Of a stretch of DNA of 64,000 nt, positions 38,748-48,441 are shown in pieces. The stretch spans positions 1,718,757 to 1,782,756 of the forward strand of contig OZ244885.1 of NCBI GenBank assembly GCA_965221385.1, written 5' to 3'. Source of the DNA: Dehalococcoidia bacterium. GTDB lineage: Bacteria; Chloroflexota; Dehalococcoidia; Lucifugimonadales; UBA3495. Below the pieces are notes generated by a model. The model was not told the origin of the DNA. It ran no database searches and was given only the letters and a program-made list of their open reading frames with translations. Each line of letters begins with the position of its first letter. Within the stretch, counting starts at the first letter, position 1. Made by a program: the position numbers and the translations under genes.

Positions 38748-38774
38748 GTAGGGGCGCACAGCCGTGCGCCCCTA
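38748..38774. repeat. GTAG-type REP palindrome
   Basis: GTAGGGGCGCACAGCCGTGCGCCCCTA between convergent genes. Confidence 0.8.
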
Positions 38775-38796
38775 AGGATTTCTGGTTGACTTGGTA

Positions 38797-39237
38797 TTAG
38801 GCCGGGCGGGCTATGAACACCGGAATCTTGCGGGTGGTGCGCTGCTGGTACTCCTGGTAGGGCGGGTAGGCTTCCACCGCCAGCGCCCATAGGCGGGCCC
38901 GCTCGCCGTCGTCGTGCACCTCGGTGACCGTCATGTCAGAAACCTCGGCCCTGTCCCGAATTTGCACGTTGTTGTCTGCCCGCAGGTTGAAGACCCAAGC
39001 CGGATGCTTGGGTGCGCCGCCCTGGGACCCCACCAGCACGTAGCCATCCCCATCCTTGACCCGCATCAGGGGAGTCTTGCGGATGCCGCCAGACTTGTTG
39101 CCCTGATTGGTGACGATGATCACGGGCATTCCTGTATCCCGCAGGGTGGTACCCTGGGCGCCGTTGGTGCTCTCGTACAGTTCCACCTGCTCCCGCACCC
39201 AGTCCCTCGTTGAAGGCATATACTCAGCCATGTTCAT
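38797..39237 (-). CDS. F420-dependent nitroreductase (Ddn/FDOR-A)
   Basis: GNKSGGIRKTPLM, GSQGGAPKHPAWVFNL, YQQRTTRKIPV. Confidence 0.9.
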   Translation of the reverse strand: MNMAEYMPSTRDWVREQVELYESTNGAQGTTLRDTGMPVIIVTNQGNKSGGIRKTPLMRVKDGDGYVLVGSQGGAPKHPAWVFNLRADNNVQIRDRAEVSDMTVTEVHDDGERARLWALAVEAYPPYQEYQQRTTRKIPVFIARPA

Positions 39238-39424
39238 CTCCAGTCTGCTGAAAATGCTGTACGGGACATATTAGCACAGGGCGGGGGAACCGGACTCTGC
39301 CCTGGTAAACCTCGTCGGCAACTCCGGCCAGAGCGGTAAGCAAACGCCCACCATTTTCCAACGGGCAGGGGCACGGGGGCAGGTGTAGAATGAGCATGGG
39401 ACGACAACACAGGAAGGTGCAGCC

Positions 39425-40018
39425 ATGACCACGGCCCAGGAAGCATCGGGAAAGGCGCCTACCAGGGTGGAAACCCCCTGCAGGTTCACCAGCCAACAGT
39501 ACCACTGGCTCATCGAGGCTGGAATCCTCACTACCGAACACCGGGTGGAACTCATCGGGGGAGAAATACGCAGCATGGCGCCCATGGGACCAGCTCACCG
39601 CAGAAGCATGAGACAGCTAACCTCCTGGCTTGGCGACCGGCGGGGACAGAACTACGTGCTGGAGTGCCAACTAACCATAGAAATGGCGGAAGGGTTCAGC
39701 CCGGACCCGGACTTCGTCCTTTCACGCTACAGGGAAGGCGGTTACCCGGCGGGGGAGAATCCGGGAATAGCCGATGTCCTGCTGGTCATCGAGGTGGCGG
39801 ACTCGTCCCTGGAATACAACCTGGGGGAGAAGGCCCGGGCCTACGCCCAAGCCGGAGCGCCGGAACTGTGGGTGGTGGACATTCCCCAACGGCAGCTTCA
39901 TGTCCTTCTCAACCCGTCACCCCAGGGCTATCAGGACCACACCACGACCGGAGAGGATGGAACCGTGACGGCAACCCTGATACCCGACCTGCAACTGCCG
40001 GTGGGGGAGGCCCTGTAG
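39425..40018 (+). CDS. Uma2/DUF820 family PD-(D/E)XK endonuclease
   Basis: RVELIGGEI..MGPAH, PDPD, LVIEVADSSLEY..KARAYA..ELWVVD. Confidence 0.88.
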   Translation: MTTAQEASGKAPTRVETPCRFTSQQYHWLIEAGILTTEHRVELIGGEIRSMAPMGPAHRRSMRQLTSWLGDRRGQNYVLECQLTIEMAEGFSPDPDFVLSRYREGGYPAGENPGIADVLLVIEVADSSLEYNLGEKARAYAQAGAPELWVVDIPQRQLHVLLNPSPQGYQDHTTTGEDGTVTATLIPDLQLPVGEAL

Positions 40019-40137
40019 GCGTTTGGGAAGCCGCTTCTCCACGACTCGGAACAGCGCAGCCCCGAAGGTGTCGCTTCCTTGACACTCCCTAGCGCCGGTT
40101 GTATCCTTTGGCCCATAGCTGAAGGGAGGTTTTTGCC

Positions 40138-40596
40138 TTGTCCACCCCCACCCCGCTCCTCACCGAAGAGATGCGCCAGCAGGCCATTGGCCTTGAAAGC
40201 TCGCCGGTTACCATGGAGGTGGAGAAGGGGGCGATAGCCCGGTTTGCCGAGGCCATCGGCGACCCCAATCCGGTGTACAATGACGAGGCAGCCGCCCGCA
40301 AGTCGCAGTACGGCGGCTTGGTTGCGCCGCCCACTTTCCTGCGCTCGGTTCGGGGCGTGAACTTGGAACTGCCCTTCGACCTTTCCTTCAGCCGTCGCCT
40401 GGACGGGGGCAGCGACTGGGAGTACTTCCAGCCCGTGCGGGTCGGGGACCGGATAACCGCCGTGGCCCGCATATCCGAACTTACCGAACGCAGTGGTCGC
40501 CTGGGAGCGATGGTATTCATGACAACCGTGACTACCTACACCAACCAGTTCGACGAGGTAGTCGCCACCCAGACCAATACCCTGATCGCCTACTAG
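40138..40596 (+). CDS. MaoC-like dehydratase (HadA-like subunit)
   Basis: FAEAIGDPNPVY..APPTF, PVRVGDRI. Confidence 0.85.
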   Translation: MSTPTPLLTEEMRQQAIGLESSPVTMEVEKGAIARFAEAIGDPNPVYNDEAAARKSQYGGLVAPPTFLRSVRGVNLELPFDLSFSRRLDGGSDWEYFQPVRVGDRITAVARISELTERSGRLGAMVFMTTVTTYTNQFDEVVATQTNTLIAY

Positions 40597-40699
40597 ACCA
40601 GCCTTAGATACAGCAAGCAGCCGGGCCGCAGCCAAATGGGCCGGCAGCAGGCCTTCCGCAAGGACGCGGCAGAGGTCCCCACTTTTGCAGAGGTTTCCC

Positions 40700-41134
40700 A
40701 TGGCTCAGCAAGTTTACTGGGAGGACGTGACCGAGGGTATGGAGCTTCCCGCCCTGGTCAAGGACCCCACCACCCGCCAGTTGGTGCAGTATGCCGGTGC
40801 CTCCGGCGACTTCTACGAAATCCACTACGACAAGGACTTTGCCATCGGCAACCAGCTGGACGGGCCCATCCTCCACGGGGCGTTGAAGAGCGCCTTCCTG
40901 GGCCAGTTGGTCACCGACTGGATGGGTCCCCAGGGATTCTTGAAGAGGCTCCAGTGCCAGTACCGGGGAATGGATGCCCCGGGCAGCCCCATAACCGCCA
41001 GGGGTACCGTCAGCCGCAAGTACGAGGAAGAGGGTCGGTTGATGGTGGACTGCTCAATCTGGCTGGAGAATGCCGAGGGCCAGAACACCACCCCCGGCAA
41101 TGCCACGGTGGTACTCCCCAGCCGTGGGGGGTAG
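40700..41134 (+). CDS. MaoC dehydratase (HadB-like catalytic subunit)
   Basis: YAGASGDFYEIHYD..ILHG. Confidence 0.88.
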   Translation: MAQQVYWEDVTEGMELPALVKDPTTRQLVQYAGASGDFYEIHYDKDFAIGNQLDGPILHGALKSAFLGQLVTDWMGPQGFLKRLQCQYRGMDAPGSPITARGTVSRKYEEEGRLMVDCSIWLENAEGQNTTPGNATVVLPSRGG

Positions 41135-41139
41135 CGGCT

Positions 41140-41679
41140 ATGGTCACACCGGCGATACCGGCGCCAGTCCCCGGCGGCCAATCCCCCGAAGGCTACCTGC
41201 AGATGAGCAACCACTATCTGCGGCAGTCCCGGGCCGAATTGGAAGGCGGAGACCTGGTTCAGGCTTCGGAAAAGCTATCCGGCTCCGTGGCCACCGCCCT
41301 GAAAGCCATCGCCCAGCAGAGGGAGTGGAGGCATGACAGCCACGCGCTGCGTCATGCCATAGTTTCTCAATTGGGGTCGGAACTGGGTCCTTCGACGCCC
41401 ATGGCTCAGTCCCTCTACCGGGGGCGCGACGCCGGGGATATTCACCACGAGAGCTTCTTCGAGAATTTCCTCTACGAGGACGATATTCTCTACGCCATTG
41501 ACGCTACGGAAGCCTTTGTAGAGATTATTTCGCTTCTCATGGACCGGCCTCCCCTACCCTTCACCTTGACCAGGCCCCTGGACGCCCACCGCATCGGCCA
41601 GTTGACGGGCTATGAGCCGGAGGTGGGGGCAACAGACGCGCTGGGCTTCGCCAACTTTACCGGTGAGGTACGAGAGTAA
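41140..41679 (+). CDS. PaREP1/HEPN-like protein
   Basis: GDLVQASEKLSGSVATALKAIA..HDSH..HESFFE pattern. Confidence 0.7.
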   Translation: MVTPAIPAPVPGGQSPEGYLQMSNHYLRQSRAELEGGDLVQASEKLSGSVATALKAIAQQREWRHDSHALRHAIVSQLGSELGPSTPMAQSLYRGRDAGDIHHESFFENFLYEDDILYAIDATEAFVEIISLLMDRPPLPFTLTRPLDAHRIGQLTGYEPEVGATDALGFANFTGEVRE

Positions 41680-41777
41680 TAGGGCGGCCCCACTGGATTT
41701 CAAGTCAGGAATCAAACTTGACACTCCAATATGGAGATCAATACCAGTCAACAAACAAAACCGAGGTTAAAGCGCTT

Positions 41778-42695
41778 ATGGCAGACATTCTGAAAGACAA
41801 GGTGGCCATCGTTACCGGTTCCGGCCGGGGCGTGGGTCGAGGCGTGGCCAAGCTGATGGCCCAGGAGGGCGCCCAGGTGGTCGTGGTGGACCCAGGGGTC
41901 AACGTGGACGGTAGCGGGTTCGACCAGTCCATCGCCGACCAGGTGGTATCGGAGATTCGGGCCGAGGGCGGCCAGGCCGTGGCCTGCATGGAGTCGGTGG
42001 CCACCATGGAGGGCGGCGAGAAGATTGTCCAGACGGCAATAGATCAGTTTGGCAAGCTGGACATAGTGGTAACCTGCGCTGGCATCCTCCGCGACCGCAT
42101 GGTCTTCAACATGACCGAACAGGAATGGGACGATGTTATCGCCGTGCACCTGAAGGGCACCTTCAGCGTGGTCAAGAACGCCTGCATCCTCTTCCGGCAG
42201 CAGCGTTCGGGGCGCATAATCACCTTCAGTTCCCAGTCCGGATTGCAGGGCAACTCCGGCCAGGCCAACTATGGCGCCGCCAAGTCGGGCATTGCCGGCT
42301 TCACCAAGGTGGTGGCCAGGGACATGGGTCGCTACGGGGTGACCGCCAACGCCATCGCTCCCCGGGCCACCACCCGCATGATTGGCGCCATTCCCGACAG
42401 CGCGGCGGAGATTCGCGCCCGCGGCGGCGTCCAGACCCTGGACCAGGGCAATGAGCCGGAGGTTATGGACCCGGACGACATTGCGCCCTTCGTCTGCTAC
42501 CTGGCCAGCGACTATGCGGACAACGTCAACGGCCAGACCTTCCTGGTGTATGCCAGCGAAATTTCCCTGATGTCCCAGCCCAGGCCAGAGCGGTCCATCT
42601 ACAACGATGGCCACTGGTCCATGGAGGACATTGCCGCCCAGGCCAGGAACAACCTGACCCGGGGAATATACAATCCGGCCCCGCCTAGGGCGTAA
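41778..42695 (+). CDS. SDR family oxidoreductase (paralog 1)
   Basis: TGSGRGVG, AGILRD, YGAAK. Confidence 0.93.
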   Translation: MADILKDKVAIVTGSGRGVGRGVAKLMAQEGAQVVVVDPGVNVDGSGFDQSIADQVVSEIRAEGGQAVACMESVATMEGGEKIVQTAIDQFGKLDIVVTCAGILRDRMVFNMTEQEWDDVIAVHLKGTFSVVKNACILFRQQRSGRIITFSSQSGLQGNSGQANYGAAKSGIAGFTKVVARDMGRYGVTANAIAPRATTRMIGAIPDSAAEIRARGGVQTLDQGNEPEVMDPDDIAPFVCYLASDYADNVNGQTFLVYASEISLMSQPRPERSIYNDGHWSMEDIAAQARNNLTRGIYNPAPPRA

Positions 42696-42820
42696 CGGCC
42701 TATTCCAGGGCCCGACGCGAGTCGATATGAACAGTATCTTTCCCCTGACCCCACCGTGGGGATTGGCGGAAGGGTAGCATCCTATACACAAGCCAAGTCA
42801 GCAGCAACCGGAGCGCATAA

Positions 42821-43741
42821 ATGCCCAATTTACTGGAAAACAAGGTAGCAATCGTAACCGGCTCGGGCCGGGGCGTAGGCAAGGGCGTGGCCCTGCAGAT
42901 GGCCGCCGAGGGAGCCAAGGTGGTGGTCGTTGACCCCGGCGTTAACCTGGACGGCACCGGCGCCGACCAGTCCGTGGCCGAGCAGGTGGCGGCGGAAATC
43001 CGCGAGGCCGGCGGAGAGGCCGTGGCCTGCCAGGAATCGGTGGTATCCATGGAGGGCGGCGAAGCCATAGTCCAGACGGCCATCGACACCTACGGCAAGC
43101 TGGACGCGGTCGTCACCTGCCACGGCATCCTGCGAGACCGCATGGTCTTCAACATGAGCGAGCAGGAGTGGGACGACGTAATCGCCGTGCACCTGAAGGG
43201 TACCTTCACCGTAGTGAAGCATGCCTGCATCCTCTTCCGCCAGCAGCGGTCGGGGCGGGTAATCACCTTCAGTTCCACCTCTGGCCTGTACGGCAACACG
43301 GGCCAGGCCAACTACGGCGCGGCCAAAGACGGCATCGCCGGGTTCACGCGGGTGGTGGCCCGGGATATGGGGCGCTACGGCGTAACCGCCAATTCCATCG
43401 CCCCCAGCGCGCAGACCCGCATGATCGGCAGCGTACCTGATGAGGCGCGCAACTTGCGGGCGGCCCGGGGCGTCAGCGGCGGCAACGTGGGCGGTCTGCG
43501 GGGCGAGCCCGAAGACGTGGCGCCCTTCGTAACCTGGCTGGCCTCCGACGAGGCGGCCCACGTAAACGGGCACGTCTTCTACGTAACCGAGGGGCTGGTG
43601 AGCATGCTCAACGAGCCGGAACCGGTGCGAACCATGCACAAGGACGGCCGCTGGACGGTGGAGGAGATAATCCGGGTATTCCCGGCCACCCTGGGCGTTG
43701 AACTGCCCAACCCCGCCCCCGCCCCCCCGCCAGGGGCGTAG
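42821..43741 (+). CDS. SDR family oxidoreductase (paralog 2)
   Basis: TGSGRGVG, HGILRD, YGAAK; highly similar to the upstream gene. Confidence 0.93.
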   Translation: MPNLLENKVAIVTGSGRGVGKGVALQMAAEGAKVVVVDPGVNLDGTGADQSVAEQVAAEIREAGGEAVACQESVVSMEGGEAIVQTAIDTYGKLDAVVTCHGILRDRMVFNMSEQEWDDVIAVHLKGTFTVVKHACILFRQQRSGRVITFSSTSGLYGNTGQANYGAAKDGIAGFTRVVARDMGRYGVTANSIAPSAQTRMIGSVPDEARNLRAARGVSGGNVGGLRGEPEDVAPFVTWLASDEAAHVNGHVFYVTEGLVSMLNEPEPVRTMHKDGRWTVEEIIRVFPATLGVELPNPAPAPPPGA

Positions 43742-43967
43742 GGGGTTTTGGGGCCAGCAGGTGAGGGTTCTGCTGATTGAGTAACTGGAGCAAACTCCCT
43801 GCCTGAGTTGGGAAACGGGCCGTCGAAGAACCAATGAAGCGTGTCGTCTAGAGGTGAGGGAGGTACATATCGCACTAGAATCTTGTCGGGACTGACAGTT
43901 GCCGGTTGACCAGCGGTTAACGGGCGGTACAATACTCCCATCCCCTGCAAGCGATTAATATGTGACG

Positions 43968-44909
43968 ATGGAAACAATGCCAATTGCAGCCGGTAGCCCC
44001 ATGACCGGGATAGATTCGTTCCTTTTGGAATTGAGAAGCAGGGGAAAGCTGGATTATAAGCGTTACTTGGGGTCGCCGCTTCGCTATGCCGGGGGCAAGA
44101 GCCTGGCTGTCGGTTATGTAGTTGAGAGACTTCCCCGCTATATTGACCGGCTGGTCTGCCCCTTCATGGGTGGGGGCTCTGTCGAGATAGCCTGCGCGAG
44201 AGAGATCGGCTTGCGCGTCATCGGTTATGACGTGTTTGACATTCTGGTGAATTACTGGCAGCGTCAACTGACCGACGCCCCAGGATTGAGCGATTTGCTT
44301 CAACAGTTTGAGCCGACCAGGGAAACCTTCCGGCTTGTCAAGGAGCGGTTGTACGAGCATTGGAATGGACTGAACCAATTGCAACCTTGCGAACTGGCTG
44401 CTCACTACTACTTCAATACCCAAACATCTTACGGGCCTCATTTCCTGGGTTGGCCTTCAGACATATACCTACAGAAGAACCGGTACCAAGCCCTGCTTTC
44501 TCGGGTCAGGGACTTTTCGGCCCCGACCCTCACTGTCGAGTGCGCAAGCTTTGACGAATCTATCCCGTTGCACTCGGAGGACATGCTCTATTGCGACCCA
44601 CCCTACTTTCTTGGCGACGGCAGGATGTTCACGGGCATGTACCCCCACCGGAATTTTCCCGTACACCACGCCGGATTTGACCACGAGGGATTGCGGGACC
44701 TGCTACTGGACCATGCAGGGGGGTTTATTCTGTCTTACAATGATTGCGAAACTATCCGAGAATGGTACGCCGACTGTGAAATGTTCTGCCCGGAGTGGCA
44801 GTACACCTTCGGCCAGGGCGACACTCGCATTGGCGAAAACCGCAGCAGGGACAATGGCGGCTCCCATGTCAAAAAGTCACACGAACTGTTGATTTGGCGG
44901 TTACCTTAA
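43968..44909 (+). CDS. Dam/D12-class DNA adenine methyltransferase
   Basis: RYAGGKS, PFMGGGS, YCDPPY, ILSYND, HELLI. Confidence 0.9.
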   Translation: METMPIAAGSPMTGIDSFLLELRSRGKLDYKRYLGSPLRYAGGKSLAVGYVVERLPRYIDRLVCPFMGGGSVEIACAREIGLRVIGYDVFDILVNYWQRQLTDAPGLSDLLQQFEPTRETFRLVKERLYEHWNGLNQLQPCELAAHYYFNTQTSYGPHFLGWPSDIYLQKNRYQALLSRVRDFSAPTLTVECASFDESIPLHSEDMLYCDPPYFLGDGRMFTGMYPHRNFPVHHAGFDHEGLRDLLLDHAGGFILSYNDCETIREWYADCEMFCPEWQYTFGQGDTRIGENRSRDNGGSHVKKSHELLIWRLP

Positions 44910-45682
44910 TGGTGCGGCGGCGGGGATTTCAGAATGCAGACGAGGCCCGCGCAGTACGGGCCAGAGGCCACGAGAACGCATTAGCCTTTGCCAATGCTAT
45001 AGGTATGCCCAACGATTATCAGAATGACAGGACAGCAAAGAAGGACGTTATAGACCCTTCTGGTGATGCCCACTCCGTCAAGTCCGGTACCAAGAAGTGG
45101 CAGATATTCCTCTATGGCCGCAATCGCTTCGAGTCCGACGACGGGTTTCAGGCCCTCAATGGAGTAGGGGAATTGCTAATACACTGCCTTGACACCATGC
45201 CAGATACCTACGAGGCTTACCAGCAAGATAAGGACGCCGCTCGCAGAAAACTTCAGACGCCCATGCGTGAGCTCAAGGACCGCTTCCAGCGCAAGGCTTT
45301 GCTTAGGGCTTTCTTAATGAAGTCTATCTTCAACGGCGGAGAGGTTAACTATCTCACCGCGCTGCATGATGGGCGCTACCATGTTTTCCAGAATCTTGAA
45401 GCAGTGCGTCTAATGGGTGAGCGTTTCGAAGTTGTGAACTCCGCCGCTGTTGCACCGGGTTCCCCACCCGACCAAAAGGTACTCTTCCGAGTGGACGGTT
45501 TGAACACCGGTGAGCTGGAATTGAGGACCGATCGACTGAATTACCAGAAAGTACGTTTCAATATGATTGTCCCAAGAATTATGCAATTGCTATTATCCAT
45601 CGAGCCCATCAAGTATTTCAACGACGAGGTTGTGGCCCATGGCGAAGCCACAAGACGCTTTGGACGTTGGGCTCAGGAGTAG
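44909..45682 (+). CDS. Putative Type II restriction endonuclease
   Basis: TAATG coupling to the MTase; GHE..KKDVID..SVK resembles a PD-(D/E)XK variant; AT-richer codon usage. Confidence 0.6.
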   Translation: MVRRRGFQNADEARAVRARGHENALAFANAIGMPNDYQNDRTAKKDVIDPSGDAHSVKSGTKKWQIFLYGRNRFESDDGFQALNGVGELLIHCLDTMPDTYEAYQQDKDAARRKLQTPMRELKDRFQRKALLRAFLMKSIFNGGEVNYLTALHDGRYHVFQNLEAVRLMGERFEVVNSAAVAPGSPPDQKVLFRVDGLNTGELELRTDRLNYQKVRFNMIVPRIMQLLLSIEPIKYFNDEVVAHGEATRRFGRWAQE

Positions 45683-45803
45683 CAATGCCAAGCAAGAACA
45701 ACCATTCATTGCGGGGGGAGGGCATATACCCCGACAAATAGCTTGTTTGCAAGCGATGGGCAATTCCCCGGTTTCCCCAACAATAATTAAGAGGTAACAA
45801 CCC

Positions 45804-46958
45804 ATGTTTCGCACCTTTAGCGCTTCCTATGCCGGCCACGTGGTGGACGACAACCTTGGCTTTGGGGGTACCCCAGCCAACGACCGCAGCTATTCCAACG
45901 AGAAGCTGGCCCAGGCTTTCGACTGGGCTCTGAGCTTTTCCCGGCGCCTGGAAAGCCTGGGCTACGATGAGTTCTGGATGGCCGAGCACCACTTCCAGAC
46001 GGAAGGCTATGAGTGCATCCCCAACCTTTTGATGCTCAGCCTTTACCTGGCCTCCAACACCGAGCGGCTCAAGTACGGCTGCGGTTTCAACATCACCCCC
46101 ATGTGGCACCCCCTGCGCCTGGCCGAGGACTTCGCCATGGCCGACATCCTGACCCAGGGGAGGGTCATTTTCGGCGTGGGCCGGGGGTATCACACCCGTG
46201 AGGTGGAAACCTTCGCCGCGCCCATGCTGGACGGCGACGCCAACCGGGCGCTGTTCGAGGAGCAGGTGGAGGTGCTGGTCAAGGCCTTCTCCCAGGAATC
46301 CTTCTCCCATCACGGTGAGCATTACAAGTTCCCCGCCGATGTGCCCTATCGCGGCTACCAACTGGAGAAGATCAGCCTGGTCCCGCGACCCATCAGTCAA
46401 CCGGTGGACATCTGGCAGCCCCTGGTCAGCGGCAACCCCAAGGGCGTCGATTTCATGGGCCGAATGGGAATCAAGGCGCTGATTGCCAACACCCCGGAGC
46501 CGGTCCTGGGCGAGCGCATGGCAATGTACCAGCAGGCGGCAGCCACCCACGGACGGGAGCTGGCCCTGGGCGAGGATATTGCCGTGGGCTATCGCTTCTT
46601 CATCGGCGAGACCCAGGAGAAGGCTATCGAGCAGGCCCGGCCCTACTTCGAAGAGGCCCTCAAGTTCGCCGCGCCCCTCAATCTGATGCCCCTCAATCAG
46701 GAGCAGATCGACGCCGTGGCCCATCCCGGTCGCTCCCGAGGCGTGAGTCTGCCCACGCTGGAGCAGGCGGTGGCAAACAAGGTATGGCTCTGCGGCCCGC
46801 CCCAGTACATTGCCGAGCACCTCATGAGCGTGGAGGAGAAATACCCGGGCGTGGAACGGGTGAACCTGGGCGCGGTCATGGGAATGCCCCAGGATGTGTT
46901 CAATGACCAGCTAACCAAGTTCGCTGAGGGCGTCTTCCCGCTGATGCAAGGGCGGTAG
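45804..46958 (+). CDS. LLM-class (luciferase-like) flavin-dependent oxidoreductase
   Basis: FWMAEHHF, HPLRLAED, FGVGRGY. Confidence 0.92.
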   Translation: MFRTFSASYAGHVVDDNLGFGGTPANDRSYSNEKLAQAFDWALSFSRRLESLGYDEFWMAEHHFQTEGYECIPNLLMLSLYLASNTERLKYGCGFNITPMWHPLRLAEDFAMADILTQGRVIFGVGRGYHTREVETFAAPMLDGDANRALFEEQVEVLVKAFSQESFSHHGEHYKFPADVPYRGYQLEKISLVPRPISQPVDIWQPLVSGNPKGVDFMGRMGIKALIANTPEPVLGERMAMYQQAAATHGRELALGEDIAVGYRFFIGETQEKAIEQARPYFEEALKFAAPLNLMPLNQEQIDAVAHPGRSRGVSLPTLEQAVANKVWLCGPPQYIAEHLMSVEEKYPGVERVNLGAVMGMPQDVFNDQLTKFAEGVFPLMQGR

Positions 46959-47043
46959 GCGCAGTCGACAGCCAAACCCGTCTCCCCCGTTCCTCCTCGG
47001 GCCTCGCGGCTTCCGCCGGACACAAGGGTTTGTCGCGGATATT

Positions 47044-47810
47044 GTAGGGGCGCACAGCTGTGCGCCCCTACCGTGCATTGACCCACCTGTTTGCCATGCC
47101 CAGCCCCCCATGTCTGTCATTCCGAGCGACAGCCGAGGAATCCCAGCAGTGCGGGGGAATCCATCATTGCCATGCCCAGCCACTCTCTCCCCTTCCCCTG
47201 GAAAAGGAACGTGGGATTGGGGTGGGATGGATGGTTGCCCCGGTCGGTTGGGATTCCTCGACTGCCGCTCGGAATGACAGGCGTGGTTGGTTTGGGGTTG
47301 GTGGCTTGGTTGCCCCGCTCGGTTGGGATTCCTCGGATGCCGCTCGGAATGACAGACATGGGGGTCTGGACATGGCCATGATGGTTGCCCCGGTCGGTTG
47401 GGATTCCTCGGCTGCCGCTCGGAATGACAGGCATGGTTGATTTGGGATTGGTGGCTTGGTTGACCCGGTCGGTTGAGATTCCTTGGCTGCCGCTCGGAAT
47501 GACAGGTTGTGGTTGGTTTGGGGTGGTTGGCTTGGTTGCCCCGGTCGGTTGGGATTCCTCGGCTGTCGCTCGGAATGACCGGCGTGGTTTACTTGGGGTG
47601 GGTGGCTTGGTTGCCCCGCTCGGTTGGGATTCCTCGGCTGTCGCTCGGAATGACCGGCATGGTTGATTTGGGATTGGTGGCTTGGTTGCCCCGCTCGGTT
47701 GGGATTCCTCGGCTGTCGCTCGGAATGACAGGTTGTGGTTGGTTTGGGGTGGGTGGTTTGGTTGCCCCGCTCGGTTGGGATTCCTCGGCTGCCGCTCGGA
47801 ATGACAAACA
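47044..47810. repeat. GTAG-REP plus tandem array of about 9 GTCATTCCGAGCG-family units, 75-76 bp period
   Basis: REP at 47044-47071; one forward unit at about 47115; reverse units GGGATTCCTCG..CGCTCGGAATGAC at about 47250, 47325, 47400, 47475, 47551, 47626, 47701, 47777. Confidence 0.88.
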
Positions 47811-47866
47811 GGGGTAGGGCGGTAGGACAGCCTTGACCCAACCAGGGCCAGAGTTTCTCCCCTTCC

Positions 47867-48436
47867 CTAGCAGGAATCTCCGGTATCGGCAGGGGGCGCC
47901 GTGGGGTAAAGGGGGTGGGTCAAGAACTGCCAGGTGAGGACTCCCCGCAAGCCCTGGAAGAACAGGTAGGCAAAAACCAGGTTGAGGGCTACGGAAACTG
48001 GGTGCAGGTTGCCAGGTCCCAGCCCGGCGGCCGCCAACCCAAACAGCAACGCCTTGCTGACCACATGGTAGCCCAGGAGGGCAAAGGCAGCCTTTCGGTT
48101 GCGCCGCAGTACTCCCGCAGCCAGCAGCGTGTAGAGTCCCGCCTCGACCAGCACAAAAAGAAACTGGCCTCCGCTGGGCCGGACCACCCCTTCAACCGCC
48201 GTGTCTCCCACGAAGTAGGTGGACATTACCACGATGAAGTTGATGATGGCGGCGGCCAGTCCGGCGCCACCGCCCCAGAGGATGCGCTTGCGGGCCTGGG
48301 TCAGGTCGGTGCCGATCAGCCAGGGATTGGGACTCCTGGCCGGGGCGCGGGCGTAATCCGTCGTTCCCGAATCCTCCGGATTGGCCTCCGATTCCCGGGA
48401 TTCCTCGCCCTCTCCCCGTCGTTCCGGCGTTGTCAT
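47867..48436 (-). CDS. Hypothetical membrane protein (about 4 TM)
   Basis: Hydrophobic segments; starts 5 bp after the trxB stop. Confidence 0.55.
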   Translation of the reverse strand: MTTPERRGEGEESRESEANPEDSGTTDYARAPARSPNPWLIGTDLTQARKRILWGGGAGLAAAIINFIVVMSTYFVGDTAVEGVVRPSGGQFLFVLVEAGLYTLLAAGVLRRNRKAAFALLGYHVVSKALLFGLAAAGLGPGNLHPVSVALNLVFAYLFFQGLRGVLTWQFLTHPLYPTAPPADTGDSC

Positions 48437-48441
48437 GGACT

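Noticed and set aside
47220-47810. CRISPR-like array (about 35-bp repeat plus about 40-bp spacer; also 8245-8655)
   Set aside because: The spacers are near-copies of each other, orientation flips within clusters, the same unit is scattered elsewhere, and no cas genes are present. This is a REP-type tandem repeat.
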